Part shown: piece by piece, positions 22,777 through 32,444 of the stretch
Layout of the letters: every line of letters begins with the position of its first letter
Position numbering within the stretch: the stretch's first letter is position 1
Source: Octopus bimaculoides
Lineage: Eukaryota
DNA: 32,444 nucleotides
Reading direction: 5' to 3'
Assembly (NCBI RefSeq): GCF_001194135.2
Contig: NC_068985.1
Span: forward strand, 102,302,961 to 102,335,404
The notes under the pieces: generated by a model
Database searches by the model: none
Told to the model about the DNA's origin: nothing
The model's input: the letters and a program-made list of their open reading frames with translations, nothing else
Translations under genes and position numbers: made by a program

Positions 22777-24410
22777 TACCCTGAATTATATATATTTATA
22801 AGTGAGAGATTTTGAATATATTTTAACATGAGTAGCATATAATCTTGAAAGAAAACAAGGTTAATTTAATGCTCGTGAAGTAAGAGGAAAATGCAGACTA
22901 TAAAATATTAAAACCATATAATAAATAGATAATTTCAATTCAGCAACTTAACCACGATAACTTCGGTATTCTGTTCCCCTTAGCTCTGACACCCATCTCT
23001 TATAGCTATATAATGTCTAGACTTAATACCTGTTTCATTCGTATTCCATTGTGATATAAAAAAGTGAAATACTTATTAACATCTCATCTTTCCCGCTCTT
23101 TACTTTCTTTTTTTGTATATCTGACTTCATCCTTTTCTCTCGTACTTCTCCACTTCGTTTTTCATTTTCTCCGTTTCTGTTATTGTTTTTTTTTTTTTTT
23201 ACTATTTGCACTGTCATAAGTACGTCTCATTGTGAGCTGGTGCTCTTCCATTTATAATATAATACCTTACGTAATAATACCTTCTTCAACCGTCAGATTT
23301 ATATTTCTATTCAAATGTTAGAATCTTAATAATTCTCTCTTTGAAATATGTGTGATTATATTTGTATGTGTGTGTATGTTTTTGCGTGATTATAGGTGTA
23401 CCTGTACGCATGTGTGTGATTGTATGTTCGTGTTTGTGTATGCTTGTATTACTCTTGACGGTAAGATGCAGTATACTTATGTGTAAATAGAGACAAAGGG
23501 GAAAAAACTGAATTCTGGCAATTTTACAGACGCCAAAGGAAGTATTTTTCTGAGAAGTCTATTCAAACTGTAATCATTGTCTACGTTGAAGCTTTCTTCA
23601 AAGTCAACTAACCCAGGACGCGATTCTATGAAACAAAAGAATTATAAGTAGTGATAGGATGCGTCTTATCGTTGTCAGTTGCTATATTTCAATCCGGATA
23701 GATCGTGTGGTCTCCAACTAGACTTCACTGCGAGATAGATTGACCAGTAAGTGGCTTCTACTGTTGTCTCCTGTTGATCCAAAGTATTTGAGTAAAATTA
23801 CGCATACATGAAAATAATATAAATGCCCGTTAGTTTATGCACACGAACACACTTGCACGAGCATACTTACTACATTTGTGCTTGATCTATATTTAAACTA
23901 CTGCTTGGAATTACATATTGCGATGTACTATTATAGCACAAAGTAATGACAAGTATTTCATGTATATTTAAATTAGTATTGGAGGATGGTTGCACAAGAG
24001 ACAATGTTTGTGACGACAACATCATTGACGAACTTTCTATGTAATCTGTTTAATTGCAAGAAATAGTTGTAAAATGTCTCAGAAATGGTAGGCTGTCATT
24101 TTAGAGATGCGGGACCATATTTGATGATGTAGTTCCTGTTGCAATGTCTGAAACAACGATGCAATGACCGTGATTGGAGCGATGGTGTTCCTGAGTAACA
24201 CAAACAAAGCTTAGGGCTACACAAAAGCAATGACACTAACGGGAATAACCAGTAGTTTGGCCATTACAGGGTTCTCATGCTTCATATTTTTCACAAAAAA
24301 TTACTATTTTACTCTTAAATTTCATCCTATAGTGATACAAATTATACACACACACACATACAAACACAAGCACACACAAAAACACATCCACGTATAGATA
24401 TAGATATATT

Positions 24411-24624
24411 CTTTTCTACTCCAGGCAGAAGGCCCGAAATTTTGGTGGTAGCGATCCAGTCGATTAGATAGACCCCAGTACGCAATTGATACCTAATTTA
24501 TCGATCCCGAAAGTATGAAGGGCAAAGTCGACTTCGACGGAATTTGAACTCAGAACGTAATGACAGATGAAATCCCGCTAAGTATTTCGCCAGGCGTGCT
24601 AAAGTTTTTGCCAGCTCACCGCTT
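24411..24624 (-). mobile_element. Full-length SINE group A monomer ('type-2' tail) with an 18-bp TSD
   Basis: Head AGCGGTGAGCTGGCAAAA and GAGTTCAAATTCC on the minus strand; TATAGATATAGATATATT at both 24393-24410 and 24625-24642. Confidence 0.93.
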
Positions 24625-26074
24625 TATAGATATAGATATATTGGATTGGGTGGGACAGGCTATGTTCAGTCCACTGCAAGACGACGGCCCCAGTGAGATC
24701 TCTCTAACAACCGTGGTCTGATGTGAAGGGCGTGAATTTAATATTAAGGGCATACTGTTTTTTTTAATGTACTCTGTCATACTGACTCTACATAGCATGG
24801 TAGAGAGGTGCAGCTTCTATACTCTTATCCAGTTAAATGTATGTATGTTAAATAAATGTATGCATGTATGTATCTTTATATGAATAAGTATATGTACCTA
24901 TGCAGAAAGAGCGGGAGAGGCAGGTGGAGAGAGATAAAGAGGAAACTTCATTAAGAAGAGTTATTCTTTGAATTCACCCGGAGCTATAATGTATGCTTCA
25001 CGAAGTGATTGCTTACTTCCAATTAAAGATTTCATGATTATACTTCAGTGCGTCTTTATTTTTAGTTTATGTTTCTATATTTTTTTAAGGAGCAACCGAG
25101 GCGCGGAATGAAAGAATATTAAATCTAGATGATGTATGCTTCTTTTGCTTTGCTTTAATTTTTCGAATCAAAGGTTTTAGATTGAAAGATTTAGTACATA
25201 TTAAAACATTTAATATTATTAAATATACCGTAAATTTCAATTTAGGTTATTTCCTATCCTTGTGGCCATTATTTTATGAAAATATCTCATTCGATGTCAA
25301 ATATAATTAGCGATAAAATAATTGAAAAAAAAACACATCGAGAGATGAAACATGCTGCAACGTTAATAGCAATCATTAATAACAGTAGTTTATGAAGGGA
25401 AATTTTCAATTACTTAGCCGACTATATTCCTGTTAAGATAACTATGAGATCTGTAATGACTTTGGTTTATTTAAAGTGAATAGCTTTTAAGTTCTTTATA
25501 TTTTGCCATGTTTAGGAAAATCTCTTCGTTTTTACCATGTTTAAAATACCAGCATTTACTCTAACTAGAATCTGAACTTTATATTCTCCCCGTGTCTTTA
25601 ATTTTTTTCGATGGAAAGTTGACTGAATTAATGTTTAGAACACGAATCATAGGTTTTATTTCTATATATTTTTTTTTCAATTATAGTCTTTTTTATATAT
25701 TCTTTACTATCCTGGCACAGAAAATTCTACTTGCAGTTTCTAAATATTTACAATTTTATTTTCAACCTTTGTAATTATGGCAAAGAGCCAACCGAAAGAC
25801 AGTAGAAAGGAAGGAACAACTTCAAAATGAAAATTAAGAAAAATTAATAGTAGTTTTTTGTTATTTTCATTTACAATCAATGTTAAATATATTCACTTCT
25901 CTTCAGTGTTCAGGTGTCGATAATATATGATCAGGTAAATACCCTTTTGCTTGTTCCATCCTTTAAAATCCGAAACACCTTTCCAACAACATTAAAACCT
26001 TACTGCGTTTTTTTTGCATATGCTTCTTGATATTCTCCATTGAAACAATTCTAGGTATGTAATATCGATTACTC

Positions 26075-26076
<2 letters not shown>

Positions 26077-26147
<71 letters not shown>

Positions 26148-26156
26148 TGTGTGTGT
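26077..26156. repeat. (GT)n microsatellite
   Basis: Direct inspection. Confidence 0.97.
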
Positions 26157-26466
26157 TATTTGGGACGGGACCAAATCATGCAACAACAAGGAATATTTTC
26201 TGATTTTTGTTCAAAATATATTTTATACCATGTTTTTCTTTGTGAATAAATTCACCGTTGCCCCCGGATTTCCAAACAGTTGCTAACTACACCCTTGCAT
26301 TATATTTATAATACAAGGTAAGATATTCCACACGTTCATAATAAATGCCACAAGATATTTTTTCTTCTACTACACCGGATTATCGAGTTTAACGCCCTTT
26401 GTCGATACACAGCACTAGTAAACAGGCCCACACACACTTGGGTGTGCACATATACATGTATGTATG

Positions 26467-26498
<32 letters not shown>

Positions 26499-27063
26499 AT
26501 TAAAATAAGCAACAAGGATTCAAGGTTACTGCAGTACGACCGTTTCATGCGACTCCATTTATTTATGCAATGTGAGCATTGCATTAAATGTAAAATGCTG
26601 AGCAATCTTCAGCCTCACAAAGATACAGAAAATTTACTGAAATTTCATTTCAGTAGAAGGACATATTACTGTTGTAACTACATTTAAACAATCCAAGTGG
26701 GAAGGGAGAATAAAAAATAAAAAACATTTTGACTTATATATATATGAAGAAGAGAAAGAAAAGAAAATACTCAATACTCAGATTAGCAATATGTATCATC
26801 AGGCGCTTAAACCTCACAAATAGTTACTCTGAGATTTTGTCGTTAATAAACCGGTGTTTATGAAATGTAGATCATGGACTTTGATTATAATGTGTAATTA
26901 TCAAAAACGTTTTCTATCATAGAATCTGATGATTGATTAGCACGGATTAAGACAGGGATAATAATTGCTATGGATGAAATCGATGTTAGAGAAATGAGTC
27001 ACGATTCGTACTGTAAATATAGGAATAAACTATTCAAAGCAACGTACCGAGCATAAATCAAAT

Positions 27064-27448
27064 CGTGGCACTCCGTCAGTTACGATGACGGTCCCAATTG
27101 ATCCGATCAACGGAACAGCCTGCTCGTGAAATTAACGTGCAAGAGGCTGAGCACTCCACACACACGTGTACCCTTAACATAGTTCTCGGGGAGAGGAGAT
27201 TCAGCGTGAAACAGAGTGTGACAAGGCTGGTTCTTTGAAATACAGGTACAACAGAAACAGGAAAAAAGAGTGAGAGAAAGTTGTGGGGAGAAAATACAGC
27301 AGGATTCGCCCACTCTCTCCTAGCGGGAGCCTCGTGGTTCTTTAGGTGTTTTCGGTCAATAAACACTCATAATGTCCGGTCTGGGAATCGAAACCGCAGA
27401 CTACGACCGCGTGTCCGCTGCCCTAACCACTGGGCCATTGCGCCTCCA
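27064..27448 (-). mobile_element. Full-length SINE group B2 with a probable 12-bp TSD
   Basis: Same head and body as 14790-15198; flanks CATAAATCAAAT (27052-27063) and CATAAAGCAAAT (27449-27460). Confidence 0.93.
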
Positions 27449-28214
27449 CATAAAGCAAATAGGTATATGGATACATGACTATTTTCACAAACGCATGTGT
27501 GTGAAACAAATACATAAGAGTCCAAAGGGAATACGTATTAATAGTTATGCGTCTTTAAAAGCATTGATATACAACGGTTTCGAGTTATTCAAATATCAGT
27601 GGGTTTTCTTGTTTCATTCATGTGGATGTATGTCTTAGATTATATCTTTGATTATATAACCCATTTAGAATAAACTAATAGTAAAATTAGAACATCAAAA
27701 ATTGGCTGCAGTATTGTTTCTGAACTTTCAGTCATTCCGATATCATTAAGAAAAAATACATGTAGCTACTCATTTAAAGAACGGGTTGAGTGGAGATATG
27801 ATAAAAAAAAAATATGGAGTGTGTGAGGGCAAAACTGCCGAAAATAAACCATTCAATTTTAAATACGCCAGATTCTATTTTTTTAAGAAAGCAAAACAGA
27901 TGTGACTGGTGGGGCATGCAGTAAATTTCCATTTTGTTTCCTTACATGTGTTAATACGCTGATAAAATAAGTTTTAATACAGTTCTAAATGAGTTCTGTT
28001 CAGCTTTGTTCAGCACTATTATTGTTGGCGTTGCGTTGAACACAATGGATAAGTGCGTTGGTATAAGTACCATTAATGAGACAGTTGCTTGCGAAAATGA
28101 ATTTGCGAATAAAGATTCTACTTACTTTGTAAAGTTAACAGGAATTAAAATGGTTAATAGAAGATGCAAAATTCCTACATTGTGAACAGCTTATCATAAT
28201 CGTACTTCCATAAA

Positions 28215-28311
28215 ACATATATATATATATATATATGATTTATCGATAAATGGAAAGCAATTAAATTAAAGATGTTTGTATATATATACATACATGTATG
28301 TATGTATATAT

Positions 28312-28361
<50 letters not shown>

Positions 28362-28365
28362 GATC
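28215..28365. repeat. (TA)n/(CA)n tracts
   Basis: Direct inspection. Confidence 0.85.
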
Positions 28366-28901
28366 TATATAATCTTCGTTTTATATATTAACTGAACTTC
28401 AACCTTCAAACGATTTGAGAAAATAGAATGGTGAAACTGAGGGTTACGATTCTTGAATAATCAGCCTTTAATGAAACGTAAATTTTCTACCATGTGGTAT
28501 GTGTGTATGTTTATGTGTTAGTTATGTGTGTGTACCTCTATGTCTATATGTGTGTATGTCTGTTTGTATGTCTGCGTGTGTGACTATAGTTTGGTTGGTT
28601 GTCACTCCCTTTTGTGTGTGACTTGGTGGGAAAAAATACTTTCCTCTTCATGCAAGCATTATGAAACGTCTGTCCTGGTTTACGACGCAGACACCCACTC
28701 GTGTCTTCCAGTTTCAGGTAAAGAAACAGCAAATATGTGTCATCTGCAAGAGAGACATTTGGATATATCAAACTATTTTCCCAATTGGTGTTTATATCAG
28801 TGGAATCTTTGTTCACTTTCTCAGAGTACTTCTGGGGGATGCGTATAGCCTATTGTAGGTACAGGACTTCTAATAGTTTTATTAGTATTTTCTGCTGAAT
28901 A

Positions 28902-29331
28902 AGGCGGCGAGGTGGCATAAACGTTAGCACACGGGGCAAAATGCTTAGCGATATTTTGTCTGTCTTTACGTTCTGAGTTCAAATTCCGCCGAGGTCGACT
29001 TTGCCTTTCATCCTTTCGGGGTCGATAAATTAAGTACCAGCTACGCACTGGGGTAGATGTAATCGATTTAATCCCTTTGTCTGTCCTTGTTTGTCCCCTC
29101 TATGTTTAGCCCTTTGTGGGCAATAAAGAAATAAGAAACGTTAGCACGCCGGGAGAAATGCTTAGCGGTATTTCGTCTGTCTTTACGTTCTAATTTCAAA
29201 TTCCGCCGAGATCAATTTTTGCATTTCATCCTTTCGGCGTTGATTAAGTAGCAGTTGCGTACTCAGGTCGTTCTAATCGACTGGGCCCCTCCTACAAAAT
29301 ATCTGCCTTTGTGCCTAGAGAAGAAAAGGAA
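28902..29331 (+). mobile_element. Dimeric SINE group A (left monomer type-1 tail, right monomer 5'-truncated with type-2 tail) within one 18-bp TSD
   Basis: Left 28902-29134; right starts GAAACGTTAGCACGCC at about 29135; flanks AGTATTTTCTGCTGAATA (28884-28901) and AGTATTTTGTGCTGAATA (29332-29349). Confidence 0.92.
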
Positions 29332-29759
29332 AGTATTTTGTGCTGAATATGGCTATAGTGCAACTAATAAGCAACTAATAGCCATGAGTCGAACGCTTCA
29401 TCTCAAAATTCCCTCGACAAATCATTCTATCTTAAGCTACTTGTAAATGCGCCCTCACACATTATAGACTATAGCATATGCGTATGTGTACGTATTATAG
29501 TATTATGTATGCACTTGCGTACCTATGTGCCTATGTAAGCGCGTATATATATATAAATGTATATATATATATATATCTTGATTTAGCCTTGCTTTTACAT
29601 TTTTTCAGCCAGTAACGTGTGGTCATAATGGGGTACTGGCGTTGATGTTGCTACAATTTTCTTGACTTTTTCCTTTTGGTTAGGTTTGATGAATTAGGAA
29701 GTTCCAAGTTTCAGAACGTTTCATTCAGAAACGAAAATCCATACTTGGTAATGTATACG

Positions 29760-29970
29760 CTCGTCGTACACACGCATACACACATACACACACGAACATA
29801 AAGACAAATACTCGCATATGTATGTCTGTATATACGTACATATATATATATATATATANNNNNNNNNNNNNNTATATATAAATCTGTCCGTGTATATCCT
29901 TGTGCATGTGTGTATGCGCGTGTGCATGTGTATGTATGTGTTAGTGTGTATATATTTGCGAGTATGCGTG
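29760..29970. repeat. (CA)n/(TA)n/(GT)n tract containing a 14-N gap at 29859-29872
   Basis: Direct inspection. Confidence 0.9.
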
Positions 29971-31289
29971 AATGTGCCAGAGTTGCTATATTAAATGCGT
30001 CAACGTTCATTATTCAACTATCAGTTTCCGATAGCTAGCAGTATAGTGACGTTTGGTTTTGAATTCATACTCAAGTCATTTCATATTTGGCTTTACACCA
30101 AATGTAATTTTAGCACAAGGAAATCATCAAAATGATCGTACATTGGCAATCTTATGTAATTGGAAATACTGAACAAGCTGCAGAGTTACTTAGATGCAAA
30201 GATTACATAACGCTAAAATTCTGGAGAATGAGGAAAATTGCCCAACGGAAGATGCAACTCAGAAAAATGTTGTTTGGGATTACATTTTAATGTAATTTAC
30301 TGTTGCTATGAAATCATATATTTGGGATACAAGTGAAAACATCACCATTTTATCGATTTACCTTCCTAATCAAATCAAAGATATTATAAACAGCAAATAA
30401 TAAAAACAAGTCATCCATTGATTGCAAATTTAACCATGAATTTATCACTGATTTTGACCTCAGCCTGTTGTTTCATATTTATATTAGATGATGTATTAAT
30501 TGTATATTTTATCGATGATGGGGAGATAATTATACCATCGGCTTCTAGTCTTGTATTTGGTGCATTTTAATTGACTTTTTCTTATAATCACTCTGAGGAT
30601 TCGGTGATTACGTGTGTATGTTTTTGGATAATAGCAATGGTTACTGCGAAACATCCATAGTAGCATAATTAAAAAAGTTTACTCCTAAAACTCATCGTTT
30701 TAGATCTGATCTCATTACGTAATACTTTTAGACTAACAACAGTTTTAGATAAACAGAATCTACTAGAAAACCTACCGTAGAAAGTATTCGTGTTCTAGTG
30801 CGATGGAACGTATCGATCACGTGATTTAACCCTAACAAAGAATACGCAGATTCAATTAAACGCATTCTGCTCCATAGTTTAACGATAACTTCAACACTTC
30901 GTCTCACCAGTCCCCTAAATCTTCAAAAGGAGCATAACTGGCAGTGAACGTCTTCTCATTAAGATAATAGTAAAAAAGAAAAAATCATTTACAAACATCC
31001 TACAGATACGTATTATTGAAATAGACAGGAATTCAAGTAACAGATTTATTAGACATGCAAAACTAAGTAAATATTATTGAATATAAAACAATTTCAATTC
31101 TGAAGGACGTAAGAGAAAAACGAACAGTTCTTATACAAATTAATGTATTTTTTCTGCTATTAATGGCTGTTGATATTGAAGAGTTTTCATATGAGCTGTG
31201 TACATTTAACAGATGTTCTGAACACAAAATTAGATGAACAGTATTTATTTTTATAATATTTAAAACACGCAAATTACATATGAACATAC

Positions 31290-31372
31290 ACACGTTTACT
31301 GATATTTGTTCTTAATTACATACATAAATATGTACATACATAAATATGTACATACATATATACATGTGTTTG

Positions 31373-31407
<35 letters not shown>

Positions 31408-31480
31408 GTGTAAGCATCAATATATCTACCTGCATATATATGTGTAAAAATATATATGTATGTGCATATACATACATCTA

Positions 31481-31515
<35 letters not shown>
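31290..31515. repeat. Compound (CATA)/(GT)n/(TA)n tract
   Basis: Direct inspection. Confidence 0.9.
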
Positions 31516-31826
31516 NNNNNNNNNNNNNNNNNNNNNNNNNNNNNNNNNNNNNNNNNNNNNNNNNNNNNNNNNNNNNNNNNNNNNNNNNNNNNNNNNNNNN
31601 NNNNNNNNNNNNNNNNNNNNNNNNNNNNNNNNNNNNNNNNNNNNNNNNNNNNNNNNNNNNNNNNNNNNNNNNNNNNNNNNNNNNNNNNNNNNNNNNNNNN
31701 NNNNNNNNNNNNNNNNNNNNNNNNNNNNNNNNNNNNNNNNNNNNNNNNNNNNNNNNNNNNNNNNNNNNNNNNNNNNNNNNNNNNNNNNNNNNNNNNNNNN
31801 NNNNNNNNNNNNNNNNNNNNNNNNNN
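31516..31826. other. Assembly gap (N run)
   Basis: N characters. Confidence 1.
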
Positions 31827-31882
<56 letters not shown>

Positions 31883-32444
31883 ATATCTATATTAAATTTG
31901 TAAATACAATATATACTTGTGTATACGTGTGAGGGTGTATATATAAATATGTACTCATGAATGTGTGATAGCTTTTGAGTGATTATGTATCCACTGTTTT
32001 GCATTTTAATGGCTAAATATTTAAAGACACTCAACAAAATGTAGAACCGTTAAGTTGATGAAATGCAAGAATATTTTAAGCATACAAGGTGCAATATTAC
32101 AAGAGAATGTAGCAAAGTATCACACAGAAGTAAAAGGCTTAAATATAAAGGAATGAGAAGCAAAATCTTTTAATATATAGATATGAAGAAACTCAGGAAG
32201 ACTTATGAATGATATACGAATCGATGTATTTTCCTGAGGCCATGTATTCCCTCTATAAGCTAATAACAATTACTAACTTCTTAAACATTTTTTTCGAAAG
32301 TTCTAACGCACTCGTATTGTGGTTTATAAAGTTAGTGTGTTTCATATTTAGGGCTTTTTCCCCGGATGAAAAACTGTAAATTTAAGCTTTCCGGATAGTG
32401 ATGCATTCAGTAATTTAGATAATATATATATATATATATATATA

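Noticed and set aside
28238-28251. 14-bp palindrome ATTTATCGATAAAT containing a DRE (TATCGATA)
   Set aside because: Single site beside (TA)n with no promoter context; similar strings occur in decayed group A SINEs
28544-28816. Minus ORF containing SLADDTYLLF, resembling an RT YADD motif
   Set aside because: No flanking RT motifs
30114-30290. 58-codon plus frame after TTTTAG containing IVHW, with ILENE..WDY in another frame
   Set aside because: Motif spacing does not fit the R4 pattern; length is within chance expectation

Overview
AT-rich eukaryotic genomic DNA from a fragmented short-read assembly: 8 N-gaps, most flanked by (TA)n/(CA)n, and very dense microsatellites. The SINE families and repeat density match what I recall of coleoid cephalopods, most likely Octopus (recollection, not a database result). 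I cannot confidently identify any host gene or exon, and most ORFs in the supplied track are microsatellite, N-gap or SINE-antisense artefacts. The interpretable content is retroposon-derived: about 17 full or partial copies of three tRNA-type SINE groups (called A, B and C here), an RTE-clade LINE 3' end, and a decayed R4/Dong-like RT-to-zinc-knuckle fragment (19207-20178, minus). There is also a probable remnant of the matching RLE endonuclease domain (about 16080-16470, minus) and an uninterrupted LINE ORF1-like frame running off the left edge (1-320, minus), which the ORF track missed. The best structural observations are a SINE dimer inside one 18-bp target-site duplication and a three-element nested insertion at 8.0-9.0 kb. 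I see no well-supported novel biological system; the remaining leads are low-confidence.
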